Shown piece after piece: positions 1 through 13,428 of a stretch of 64,000 nt of DNA (positions are counted from its first letter, which is position 1; each line of letters opens with the position of its first letter). Below the pieces are notes generated by a model, which did no database searches, was not told the DNA's origin, and saw only the letters and a program-made list of their open reading frames with translations. The stretch is taken from contig NC_088854.1 in assembly GCF_963853765.1 (NCBI RefSeq), forward strand, positions 23,560,001 to 23,624,000, written 5' to 3'. The DNA is from Magallana gigas. Its lineage: Eukaryota. The translations under genes were made by a program, and so were the position numbers.

Positions 1-38
1 TATGTTTTCTGCTAATTAGCAAATATTTGTGTGTGTAG

Positions 39-3000
39 ATTGCGGAGCTTGATGACAGACTTCAGCAGACCCAGTCAGAGCTAGGAGAGATGACCCTTCA
101 GTATCAACACGCCGACCAGCTGTGTAAAAAACAGAACCTGGAGCTACAGGCAAAGACAGCCAAGCTACAGGAGCTAGAAAAGGTAAGATATAAATGTACA
201 AAAGCAATCTACATGAGCTAGAAAAGGTATACGTAAGATAGAAAAATTAAAATAAGTATTATGAGGTGAAAATTTGGTTGGGGCGTGATCAAATCCATTA
301 AAGCCTGAAGGGCTTTATTATAGATTTGATCATGCCCCGACTGAAATTATAACCTTATAATATTCAAAGAATAATCCCTTGTTACTAAAAGTTATAAAAT
401 TTTCAGCAGTTGTACGATTAAATATTAGAATATTGATTATGCAAACCATGCTTGCGCCGCAACAATGCGTCATTTGAATTTATTGGACTGTATTGTACAA
501 AATCCATTTGTTGTGTTATCACAGAAAAAGACACCGAAAAATGTTAATATTTACTACTGATATTAACCATTTCCTTTACAGACAGTGGAAAGGCAGCACA
601 TGAAAATGGAGGAACAAAAAGACGAGAATGTGGAAGTCACTCAGGAGCTGAGACTGACCAGGTATGATCCTTGAAAAATAAATTGGTCTATTTCTCTCTA
701 AACATACATGTTTTATAAAAGTCTCATATCAACTGTATGAGTATTTGTCAGCAAAATTTTCACACCTACAAATTGTTTGACAGAGAGCAGCTACAGCAAC
801 AGCACTCAGAATTTATGTCCACGAGACGTCAGCTAGCTCAGGTGAACAGGGAGAATGAACGTCTCAGTCGGGATGTGGAGGAAATAAATATGGTTAAAGA
901 GGTATGATATTGAGTGTAAGCATATGTACTATTAAAGGTAAATGTATTTATTTACAGAGTACGTAAAAATATTTACTACCATTACCAGGATAAAAAACTT
1001 GTTTTGTCAAAAACTGTGTTTTATTGTAAAATCTGTTTGCATGTAGCTACACTTTTTGCAATTTAACAGTTGAAGTTAGAAGGACTTTGATGATTATGAT
1101 TAAAACGTGAACTTTACCTTTTCCCTTCACAGACAAGAGAAACAGATACAGCTCGTCTTGAGGAGGAGCTGGGAGCCACTAAAGCTCGCGAGGTACAAGC
1201 TGAAACTCGATTGAAAACAGAAATACGCCTCAGAAATGAGGAAATGGAAAGAGTCAGGGAAGAGCATCAAATTTTGGTGAGTTTTTTAGTCAGTCCAACA
1301 GCCATAAACCGTGACTACTTTACATTATCTATAACTAAACGTACAACCACTTCAGAGTGAACGTAGTCTTTTATTCAAGCAACTTAAAAAGAAAACTGTT
1401 CTGACTGATTTTTTAAGTTTTGGTTACAGCATATTTCTCCTATTTATGTGATGTTCATACATGTATATTAATAAATGTAAAAAAAAGTGTGCATTATTAA
1501 GTGTAAACTCTGTGATTCAGGTGGATGAACTACAGCGCTCCATCAGCCACATCAGTGAAGACAAGGAGCGTGTGGAGAGAGACCTGGAGAAGAAGATGAT
1601 CCAGATCAAGGAGCTGGAGATCCACTACCAGGCCCAGTTTGACCTCCTCCAGAAGGAGCTGGAGAATATCCAGGAGGAGATGATAGCCAAGAAACAGCTG
1701 GCTTCGGTGGCCAATGAATCACTCATTATCAAGGTAAGTGTACCCACAGAAAAACTAACTCACTGAATCGTTTAGATAATCTCTAGGGTCCAGGGCCATA
1801 AAACTCAGATGAGCTTGCTTTTGATCTCAGTCTCACTTTTCCACTCTATATTTCTTGTTTTAAAGTGAGACTAACATGTAGATCTAAAGAGAGCTCATCT
1901 GAGATTTATTGCTGCAGGGCCTATTTTAAGCCTCTTTGTTTCTTTATTGTGAATTTACATTTAAATCGTGTCCTTTATTGTGAATTGTTATGAATAACAT
2001 TACAGGGGTTAATGTACTCATATTATCATTATGTATTTTTGAGATAGTATGCAATAAATGTTTATATTTATGTAAAATAACAAAAACTTTTATTACAGGA
2101 TTCTGAAATAGCTAGATTAAGGACTAAAATCTCTGGACTAGAGAGAACAATCGCCTCATTGAACATGTCTCTGAACAACAATACAGACTCTGTGTATCAT
2201 AGCTCAATGATTGGTGGAGCTGAAGTGGTTAAGCGCAGACATGGGTCAGAAAATGCGAGCGAGGTTGATTCACAAGAGTCCCGAAGTGCACCTGTGTCAC
2301 CCGCTGCACGACGGAAAATTCTTAGGGAACCATATTCAACAGCAGGAAAACTGCACGGAGAATTCCAGGAACCTGAAGATGAAACTGCCCTTTACATGCT
2401 GCCAGTGCCAAAAGATAGTAAATCTATGGAATCAAAACGGACTCAACAAGTGCATTTCAAAGATGGTGATGTTGATGATGAATTCGATGAAGTGTTGAAC
2501 GAAGAAGAAGACAAATGGAGGAAAAGTAAATTGGGGATGAACAATGGAATGAATAAAAGTCCACTGAAGAGTAAAGGTGTACCTAGACTTAGTAAAAAAA
2601 TGAACTCTAAAGATTCTCAGAATTTGGCAGCACAGAAAGGACGAGGAAGGAAATCTGACCACTTTCCGGGAGAATTTGAGATAGGTAAAGACGAAATGCT
2701 TGTATTGCCTTTTTAGCTCACATGAGCCAAAGCCTCAAGTGAGCTGTTCTGATCAAACTTTATGTAGTGTAAATTGTGGATAGAGATGACTGCATTGTCC
2801 TTACTTTAATTACTTTCTCATCATAAACATTAACTTAAAATTATAAAGTTTAGACATAGGGCCAAGCCCCTTGCCATAATAGATTCTTAGTAATAAGGAA
2901 ATTATAAAATCTAATGTATGATGTTTTCATTTTCTCCAAAACTAAATGACCATTTTATCAAATTTCTTTTATATGATAGATTCACATTTGTTCAAACCTC

Positions 3001-3897
3001 GGAGTAGGGATTCTCAAAGGAGTGCCTCAGAAGGGGTTCAATTTTGACACAGCAATATGTTACATAAAAACCCAATACTTATGAATGTGTAGGCTTGTTA
3101 TAGATATTTCAAGCTGATTATCTTTAAATGTTAATTGCATATACATGTAGTTGAATGTGTGTATTGTAGTTGCTGTTGAAATTTTAATTGATATATAATC
3201 TGTTATACAGAGCCCTTGACCGCTGTCAGAATGTACAAGAGTCCACACCTCACAGGCCGCGGTGTCACAGACACAGATTCTGCTCAAGGGTAGGTAAACA
3301 ATGGCAGAGATTTTGATTGGTGTATCTTCTTAACAAATTTAACACCAGTATAAAATGTTTATATCAAGTGTGACCCTGCATGTTCATTTACAAGATTATA
3401 GATATTCTGAAAGCTTTGTCTATAAGAGAAAGTTGAAACTACATATATTTTAATTTCATTCTGTTTACAAGTAAAGAACCTATATATATTTTGAACTTAC
3501 TGGGTGTATATTTTTTTAAAGATATTTACAGTAAAAAAAATTAATGTATTATACTAGTCAAACTTCATCATTCGAACTAGTTGGGGCTGTTTATAACCTT
3601 CGAGATATCCGAGACATTTACGGTAAAATACATGTACTTAAAATTAAGTGGTTGGTACTTACAAATCACTTTGATATATCCATTGTATTCGAGATATCAG
3701 TGTTTCAGATATCAAAGTTCAACTGTAGTTTTTAGAATTGTTTGAATGTAAGAAATTTGAAAAAAACTAACTTTCGGAACTTTATTTATTTTAATAGAAT
3801 TTATGAACTACAGGAGAGATTACGAGCCAATGAACTGAGACAACAGCTGATCGACCAACAACTCAAGAACCTGGATGATGGGGCTGTCCATTCCTAG
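39..3897 (+). CDS. 3' part of a multi-exon coiled-coil protein gene (5' end lies upstream of the window)
   Basis: Phase-consistent GT-AG exons 39-182, 582-661, 784-901, 1133-1276, 1521-1733, 2099-2684, 3211-3289 and 3798-3897 (stop TAG 3895-3897). Translation is E/L/Q/K-rich heptad sequence (IAELDDRLQQTQSEL..., VDELQRSISHISEDKERVERDLEKK...), then a low-complexity region, ending GIYELQERLRANELRQQLIDQQLKNLDDGAVHS*. Family not recognised. Confidence 0.85.
257..363. repeat. Imperfect palindrome, dispersed repeat family (related copy at 41431-41578)
   Basis: Arm tattatgaggtgaaaatttggttggggcgtgatcaaatcc..aaagcc pairs with ggcttt..gatttgatcatgccccgactgaaattataaccttataata; the same motif recurs at ~41.4 kb. 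Confidence 0.7.
1786..1921. mobile_element. Palindromic MITE in intron (same family as 27141-27274)
   Basis: Inverted arms ggg..ccataaaactcagatgagct / agctcatctgagatttattg..gggcc, TA on both flanks, internal tctcagtctcacttt/aaagtgagact. Confidence 0.65.
2712..3050. mobile_element. Helentron/HINE-like fragment
   Basis: Starts tttttagctcacatgagccaaagcctcaagtgagctgttctgatca, the reverse complement of the terminal hairpin motif at 40915-40960. Confidence 0.5.
3552..3727. mobile_element. Degenerate Tc1/mariner-like MITE
   Basis: Ends tactagtcaaactt / aaagttcaactgta, internal repeated (c)gagatatc motifs, TA ends. Confidence 0.4.
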
Positions 3898-5748
3898 CTG
3901 TTAGCAGTGTAGTATAGCATCAAGTTTACCAAAGACTTCATCATAACAAGACAGACTAATGCTTTGACCCAGCCCTCTGCCTGGGCATTAAATTATTCTC
4001 TGAACAATCATTAACAACAAAGATTGGTATCCCTATTAAATAAATGAGATTTTTATACTTTTATGTCAGTGCTTTTCATTGAAATCCATGTTGTGATCAA
4101 TTTGAAAAATGTGCTTTAAAGAAAACTGGTATTTTTACATATATATGAAGATTAAATGCTAGAGAAGTTGCCATATATGTATGTACTTATAGAAACCCAT
4201 GCTATCATGTATGAAAAGATGATGTCACACACAGTGTAATTGATAGTGTTGGTGCACCTTTTCATTTTGCAGCATTTCATTGTGATCTGAGAACTGAGTT
4301 AGCTCTTTTATACATGTATTTGATTTTATTGCACTACTGTCTACCTGTATTTGTATCAGCTATAGAGAGTTTATTTATTGTTGAAAATTGATTTTTACAT
4401 GTATACCAAGAATACAAATAATTTTACTAGTCATGGGTGTTGTTATCTTATGAATTAGTTTATGAGAGTTTTATAAAATCTTCATATCCATTTGACGAAT
4501 ATAGATTTACTAATTACCGGTAAATTACCAGAAAATACTAGCGCATGCATTGTTCAGATATATTTTTATAGAAATCCTACAAATGTATATTACTATTTGA
4601 TAGAAAATAAAGCTAATCAACTTCTCTACATTTAAAAAATATTTTTATTGAGTTAATTAGGTTTAAAATTGCATATTCAAAGATTATTTCAAATATCATA
4701 ACTTTACCATGCGTTATGAGTCAAAATTTGGCAGACTTTGGCTTTCAACTTTGACTATATAAGTGTTTTGTTTTTTGTCCTTTGTGGTATTTACATTTCT
4801 AGTGTTTGCGATAACACTACGAATCAAAATTGTAACGCTAAGTTCAATACATTGAGGTATAGAATAGGGTACTTTTTATATCCCATAACCAGGCACTATA
4901 ACCAGGATGTGCGCATGCGTGAACCAACTTTCCATCGGGATCGGTAAAATATTGGGAGGAAATTCGAAAGCTATTTGGAGGAACTTCGAACTGATATATG
5001 TGCAATTTAAAAATGCGATTTTTATATGAAAAATATGATTAGAAGTGATAAAAATGTTATGTACATTAGATTTTACACCAAAAAATTAAATAAATAATTG
5101 AGAGAACAATCAAAATCAATGTTACAGGAAAACAACAGGCACTTAGCATCGGAGGGGGGGGGGGGGTTGGAATGGGGGCAGGGACAGGGGGACGGGACTG
5201 CCCCCCTCCAGCACACGTTTTCTCGCAGCAAATATTTTTCTTGAATTTACTTATAAAAAAGTAAATTAACATACAGTTGCACCCCCCCCCCAATGTTTTT
5301 GGGACCATGTAAAATTTGAAATGAAAGAGAGGAAATAAACTGTGAAATTGAAGTTAAAGGTACACTTAACCCCCTACCCCCACGGATTAGGATTTTCAAT
5401 TATTTAAAAAGTATTTTTGAGTTGTTGTTTTTTTCAAGGCAAGATTGGATTAGTCTGCCCTCAACCCACTTTGCTACGATGCTAGGTGCCAGAACAAAAT
5501 ATCATGGTTTCATTACATACATGTATGCTAGTATAAAGACTTTATGTAAACCAATATTATCTCGTGCATTGTTCCATTCACCAGGTTCTACAAACACCTT
5601 AGTCCAAAATAAATAAAAAATGCAAGACTAGGAGGGGAAGAAAGAAGAAATCTATTTTCCTTTTTTTTTTTACTCAGGAGCTATTTTGTTGGGGGGGGGG
5701 TATTAGGGGTGAACAGGTCACTGACCCCTTGTAGATCTACCCATGACC

Positions 5749-8471
5749 TATCACCAGGGTCTGTATACACATAACCAGGGTCAGTATACCCATCATCATG
5801 GTCTCCAGGGTCAGAGTACGTATCACCAGAGTCTGTGTGCCCATCACCAGAGTCTGTACACCCATAACCAGGGCTAGTATACCCATCACCAGGGTCTCCA
5901 TACCTATCACCAGGGTCAGAGTACGTATCACCAGAGTCTGTGTGCCCATCACCAGAGTCTGTACACCCATAACCAGGGTTAGTATACCCATCACCAGGGT
6001 CTCCATACCTATCACCAGGGTCAGAGAACGTATCACCAGAGTCTGTGTGCCCATCACCAGGGTCTGTACACCCATAACCAGGGCCAGTTTACCCATCACA
6101 GGGTCTCCATACCTATCACCAGGGTCAGAGTACGTATCACCAGAGTCTGTGTGCCCTTCACCAGAGTCTGTACACCCATAACCAGGGCCAGTATACCCAT
6201 CACCAGGGTCTTCATACCTATCACCAGGGTCAGAGTACGTATCACCAGAGTCTGTGTGCCCATCACCAGGGTCTGTATACCCATAACAGGGCCAGTATAC
6301 CCATCACCAGGGTCTCCATACCTATCACCAGGGTCAGAGTACGTGTCACCAGAGTTTGTGTGCCCATCACCAGGGTCTGGATACCCATAACCAGGGCCAG
6401 TATACCCATCACCAGGGTCTCCATACCTATCACCAGGGTCAGAGTACGTATCACCGGAGTCTGTGTGCCCATCACCAGAGTCTGTACACCCATAACCAGG
6501 GCCAGTATACCCATCACCAGGGTCTCCATACCTATCACCAGGGTCAGAGTACGTGTCACCAGAGTTTGTGTGCCCATCACCAGGGTCTGGATACCCATAA
6601 CCAGGGTCAGTATACCCATCACCAGGGTCTCCATACCTATCACCAGGGTCAGAGTACGTATCACCAGAGTCTGTGTGCCAATCACCAGGGTCTGGATACC
6701 CATAACCAGGGCCAGTATACCAATCACCAGGGTCTTCATACCTATCACCAGGGTCAGAGTACGTATCACTAGAGTCTGTGTGCCCTTCACCAGAGTCTGT
6801 ACACCCATAACCAGGGCCAGTATACCCATCACCAGGGTCTTCATACCTATCACCAGGGTCAGAGTACGTATTACCAAAGTCTGTGTGCCCATCACCAGGG
6901 TCTTTATACCCATAACAGGGCCAGTATACCCATCACCAGGGTCTCCATACCTATCACCAGGGTCAGAGTACGTATCACCAGAGTCTGTGTGCCCTTCACC
7001 AGAGTCTGTACACCCATAACCAGGGCCAGTATACCCATCACCAGGGTCTTCATACCTATCACCAGGGTCAGAGTACGTGTCACCAGAGTTTGTGTGCCCA
7101 TCACCAGGGTCTGGATACCCATAACCAGGGCCAGTATACCCATCACCAGGGTCTCCATACCTATCACCAGGGTCAGAGTACGTATCACCAGAGTCTGTGT
7201 GCCCATCACCAGGGTATGTATACCCATAACCAGGGTCAGTATACCCATCACCAGGGTCTCCATACCTATCACCAGGGTCAGAGTACGTATCACCAGAGTC
7301 TGTGTGCCAATCACCAGGGTCTGTATACCCATAACAGGGTCTCCATACCTATCACCAGGGTCAGAGTACGTATCACCAGAGTCTGTGTGCCCATCACCAG
7401 GGTCTGTATACCCATAACCAGGGCCAGTATACCCATCACCAGGGTCTCCATACCTATCACCAGGGTCAGAGTACGTATCACCAGAGTCTGTGTGCCCATC
7501 ACCAGGGTCTGTATACCCATAACCAGGGCCAGTATACCAATCACCAGGGTCTCCATACCTATCACCAGGGTCAGAGTAGGTATCACCAGAGTCTGTGTGT
7601 CCTTCACCAGAGTCTGTACACCCATAACCAGGGCCAGTATACCCATCACCAGGGTCTTCATACCTTTCACCAGGGTCAGAGTACGTATCACCAGAGTCTG
7701 TGTGCCCATCACCAGGGTCTGCATACCCATAACCAGGGTCAGTATACCCATCGTCAGGGTCTCCATACCTATCACCAGGGTCAGAGTACGTATCACCAGA
7801 GTCTGTGTGCCCATCACCAGAGTCTGTACACCCATAACCAGGGCCATTATGCCCATCACCAGGGTCTAAATACTTATCACCAGGAATAGTTTACGAATCA
7901 ATAGGGTCTGTGTGCCCATCATTAGGGTCAGTATATCTATCACAACAGTCAGTGCACTTATCATCAGGGTTTGTACATCCATTACCTTGATCAGTAGACT
8001 TTCACCAAGATAACTGTACCTATTACCTATCACCAGAGTTAGTTTACCTAACGGCCGTGTCAGTGTACGCATCCGTGGGTCTGAGGCCCCATCTCCAAGG
8101 TCAGTATACCTATCACAAGAGTCAGTACATTTATCACCAGTATATCTATCACATTCTCTATCACCAGGGTCAGTATACCTATCGACAGAGTCAGTGTACG
8201 TATCACAAGGGTCTGTAGCCAATCACAGGGGTCAGTATGTATCCATCACCAGAGTCGGTATACACAAAAGTGTAGATATTATAAGGTCAGCATACGTAAC
8301 ACCAGAATCTCAAAATCTATAACCAGGGTAAGTATAACCATCACCTGAGTCAGTATACCTATCACAAGGGTCATGAGTGTACGTATCACCAAGGTATGTG
8401 TAATCTTCACCAGGATCAGTATACCTATCACCAGGGTCACTCTACTTATCAACAGGGTCAGTATTACCTGA
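5749..8471 (+). repeat. Left-arm satellite: 105-bp unit made of five 21-bp subunits, degenerating toward the centre
   Basis: Unit ataaccagggccagtataccc-atcaccagggtctccatacct-atcaccagggtcagagtacgt-atcaccagagtctgtgtgccc-atcaccagagtctgtacaccc. Homogeneous to ~7866, degenerate 7866-8471. Confidence 0.95.
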
Positions 8472-8472
8472 C

Positions 8473-11400
8473 TCAGGTAATGGATATACAAACCCTAATG
8501 ATAAGTGCACGGACTGTTGTGTTAGATATACTGACCCTGGTGATGGGCACACAGACCCTATTGATGCGTACACTATCCTGTTGAAAAATATTAAGACCCT
8601 GGTGAGGGGTAAACTGACCTTTGTTATGAATATACAGACCATGATGATGGGCACACAGACCCTAGTACTACGAACACTGACCCTACTAAAAGATATAATG
8701 ACCCAGGTAATATGTTTACAGTTCTGGTGATACGTACTCTGACTCTGGTGATAGGCATTATGACCCTGGTGATAGGTATTGAGACCCTGGTGATGGGTAT
8801 ACTGACTTTGGCTACGGATGTACAGACCCTGGTCATGAGCACACAGACTCTGGTGAGACGTACTCTGACCCTGGTGATAGGTATTGAGACCCTGGTGATG
8901 GGTATACTGACCCTGGTGATGGGTGTACATACCCTGGTGATGGGTATACTGACCCTGGTTATGGGTGTACATACCCTGGTGATGGGTATACTGGCCCTGG
9001 TTATGGGTGTACAGACTCTGGTGATACGCACTCTGATCCTGGTGATAGATATGAAGACCCTGGTGATGGGTATACTGACCCTGGTTATGGGTGTACACAC
9101 CCGGGTGATTGGTATACTGACCTTGGTGATGGGTGTACAGACCCCGTTGTTAGGCACACAAACTCTAGTGATGGATATAATGACCATGGTGATAGGTATG
9201 GAGACCCTGGTGATGGGTATACTGGCCCTGGTTATGGGTGTACAGACTCTGGTGATGGGCACACAAACTCTGGTGATACGTACTCTGACCCTGGTGATAG
9301 GTATGGAGACCCTGGTGATGGGTATACTGACCCTGATTACGGGTGTACAGACTCTGGTGATGGGCACACAGACTCTGGTGATACGTACTCTGACCCTGGT
9401 GATAGGTATGGAGACCCTGGTGATGGGTATACTGGCCCTGATTATGAGTATACAGACCCTGGTGATGGGCACACAGACTCTGGTGATACGTATTCTGACC
9501 CTGGTGATAGGTATGGAGACCCTGGTGATGGGTATACTGGCCCTGTTATGGGTGTACAGACTCTGGTGATGGGCACACAGACTCTGGTGATACGTACTCT
9601 GACCCTGGTGATAGGTATGGATACCCTGGTGAAGGGTAAACTGACCTTGGTTATGGGTGTACAGACTCTGGTGATGGGTACACAGATTCTGGTGAGACGT
9701 ACTCTGACCCTGGTGATAGGTATGGAGACCCTGGTGATGGGTATACTGGCCCTGGTTATGGGTGTACAGACTCTGGTGATGGGCACACAGACTCTGGTGA
9801 GACGTACTCTGACCCTGGTGATAGGTATGGAGACCCTGGTGATGGGTATACTGACCCTGGTTATGGGTGTACAGACTCTGGTGATGGGTACACAGATTCT
9901 GGTGAGACGTACTCTGACCCTGGTGATAGGTATGGAGACCCTGGTGATGGGTATACCGACCCTGGTTATGGGTGTACAGACTCTGGTGATGGGTACACAG
10001 TTTCTGGAGAGACGTACTCTGACCCTGGTGATAGGTATGGAGACCCTGGTGATGGGTATACTGGCCCTGGTTAAGGGTGTGCAGACTCTGGTGATGGGCA
10101 CACAGACTCTGGTGATACGTACTTTAACCCTGGTGATAGGTATGGAGACCCTGGTGATGGGTGTACTGGCCCTGATTATGAGTATACAGACCCTGGTTAT
10201 GGGCACACAAACTCTGGTGATACGTACTCTGACCCTGGTGATAGGTATGGAGACCCTGGTGATGGGTATACTGGCCCTGGTTAAGGGTGTACAGACTCTG
10301 GTGATGGGCACACAGATTCTGGTGATACGTACTCTGACCCTGGTGATAGGTATGGAGACCCTGGTGATGGGTATACTGGCCCTGATTATGAGTATACAGA
10401 CCCTGGTTATGGGCACACAAACTCTGGTGATACGTACTCTGACTCTGGTGATAGGTATGCAGACCCTGGTGATGGGTATACTGGCCGTGATTATGAGTAT
10501 ATAGACCCTGGTTATGGGCACACAAACTCTGGCGATACGTACTCTGACCCTGGTGATAGGTATGGAGACCCTGGTGATGGGTATACTGGCCCTGATTACG
10601 GGTGTACAGACTCTGGTGATGGGCACACAGACTCTGGTGATACGTATTCTGACCCTGGTGATAGGTATGGAGACCCTGGTGATGGGTATACTGGCCCTGT
10701 TATGGGTGTACAGACTCTGGTGATGGGCACACAGACTCTGGTGATACGTACTCTGACCCTGGTGATAGGTATGGATACCCTGGTGAAGGGTAAACTGACC
10801 TTGGTTATGGGTGTACAGACTCTGGTGATGGGTACACAGATTCTGGTGAGACGTACTCTGACCCTGGTGATAGGTATGGAGACCCTGGTGATGGGTATAC
10901 TGGCCCTGGTTATGGGTGTACAGACTCTGGTGATGGGCACACAGACTCTGGTGAGACGTACTCTGACCCTGGTGATAGGTATGGAGACCCTGGTGATGGG
11001 TATACTGACCCTGGTTATGGGTGTACAGACTCTGGTGATGGGTACACAGATTCTGGTGAGACGTACTCTGACCCTGGTGATAGGTATGGAGACCCTGGTG
11101 ATGGGTATACCGACCCTGGTTATGGGTGTACAGACTCTGGTGATGGGTACACAGTTTCTGGAAGGACGTACTCTGACCCTGGTGATAGGTATGGAGACCC
11201 TGGTGATGGGTATACTGGCCCTGGTTAAGGGTGTGCAGACTCTGGTGATGGGCACACAGACTCTGGTGATACGTACTTTAACCCTGGTGATAGGTATGGA
11301 GACCCTGGTGATGGGTGTACTGGCCCTGATTATGAGTATACAGACCCTGGTTATGGGCACACAAACTCTGGTGATACGTACTCTGACCCTGGTGATAGGT

Positions 11401-13428
11401 ATGGAGACCCTGGTGATGGGTATACTGGCCCTGGTTAAGGGTGTACAGACTCTGGTGATGGGCACACAGATTCTGGTGATACGTACTCTGACCCTGGTGA
11501 TAGGTATGGAGACCCTGGTGATGGGTATACTGGCCCTGATTATGAGTATACAGACCCTGGTTATGGGCACACAAACTCTGGTGATACGTACTCTGACTCT
11601 GGTGATAGGTATGCAGACCCTGGTGATGGGTATACTGGCCGTGATTATGAGTATATAGACCCTGGTTATGGGCACACAAACTCTGGCGATACGTACTCTG
11701 ACCCTGGTGATAGGTATGGAGACCCTGGTGATGGGTATACTGGCCCTGATTACGGGTGTACAGACTCTGGTGATGGGCACACAGACTCTGGTGATACGTA
11801 CTCTGACCCAGGTGATAGGTATGGAGACCCAGGTGATGGGTATACTGACCCTGGTTATGGGTGTACAGACTCTGGTGATGGGCACACAGATTCTGGTGAG
11901 ACGTACTCTGACCCTGGTGATAGGTATGGAGACCCTGGTGATGGGTATACTGGCCCTGTTATGTGTGTACAGACTCTGGTGATGGGTACACAGACTCTGG
12001 TGATACGTACTCTGACCCTGGTGATAGGTATGGAGACCCTGGTGAAGGGTAAACTGACCTTGGTTATGGGTGTACAGACTCTGGTGATGGGTACACAGAT
12101 TCTGGTGAGACGTACTCTGACCCTGGTGATAGGTATGGAGACCCTGGTGATGGGTATACTGGCCCTTGTTATGGGTGTACAGACTCTGGTGATGGGCACA
12201 CAGACTCTGGTGAGACGTACTCTGACCCTGGTGATAGGTATGGAGACCTTGGTGATGGGTATACTGACCCTGGTTATGGGTGTACATACTCTGGTGATGG
12301 GTACACAGATTCTGGTGAGACGTACTCTGACCCTGGTGATAGGTATGGAGACCCTGGTGATGGGTATACTGACCCTGGTTATGGGTGTACAGACTCTGGT
12401 GATGGGTACACAGTTTCTGGTGAGACGTACTCTGACCCTGGTGATAGGTATGGAGACCCTGGTGATGGGTATACTGACCCTGGTTATGGGTGTACAGACT
12501 CTGGTGATGGGTACACAGTTTCTGGTGAGACGTACTCTGACCCTGGTGATAGGTATGTAGACCCTGGTGATGGGTATACTGGCCCTGGTTATGGGTGTAC
12601 AGACTCTGGTGATGGGCACACAGACTCTGGTGATACGTACTCTGACCCTGGTGATAGGTATGGAGACCCTGGTGATGGGTATACTGACCATGATTATGAG
12701 TATACAGACCCTGGTTATGGGCACACAAACTCTGGTGATACGTACTCTGACCCTGGTGATAGATATGGAGACCCTGGTGATGGGTATACTGGCCGTGATT
12801 ATGAGTATACAGACCCTGGTTATGGGCACACAAACTCTGGTGATACGTACTCTGACCCTGGTGATAGGTATGGAGACCCTGGTGATGGGTATACTGGCCC
12901 TGATTCCGGGTGTACAGACTCTGGTGATGGGCACACAGACTCTGGTGATACGTACTCTGACCCTGGTGATAGGTAATGGAGACCCTGGTGATGGGTATAC
13001 TGACCCTGGTTATGGGTGTACAGACTCTGGTGATACGTACTCTGACCCTGGTGATAGGTATGGAGACCCTGGTGATGGGTATACTGACCCTGTTATGGGT
13101 GTACAGACTCTGGTGATGGGTACACAGATTCTGGTGAGACGTACTCTGACCCTGGTGATAGGTATGGAGACCCTGGTGATGGGTATACTGGCCCTGGTTA
13201 TGGGTAAACAGACAATGGTGATGGGCACACAAACTCTGGTGATACGTACTCTGACCCTGGTGATAGGTATGAAGACCCTGGTGATGGTTATACTGACCCT
13301 GGTTATGGGTGTACAGACTCTGGTGATGGGCACACAGACTCTGGTGATACGTACTCTGACCCTGAAGACCATGGTGATGGGTATACTGACCCTGGTTATG
13401 TGTATACAGACCCTGGTGATAGGTCATG
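8473..13428 (-). repeat. Right-arm satellite: same 105-bp (5x21) unit, inverted, with a 1154-bp higher-order duplication
   Basis: Reverse complement of the left array. ORFs 9548..10504 and 10702..11658 are nearly identical at offset 1154. Confidence 0.95.

Noticed and set aside
3814-3838. Alternative last-exon acceptor (tacag at 3813) for the coiled-coil gene
   Set aside because: It gives a short RDYEPMN* end, whereas the acceptor at 3797 keeps a coiled-coil-like frame. It cannot be excluded as a minor isoform.
5749-13428. CRISPR-like appearance of short repeats
   Set aside because: Subunits are contiguous with no unique spacers, the DNA is eukaryotic, and there are no cas genes.
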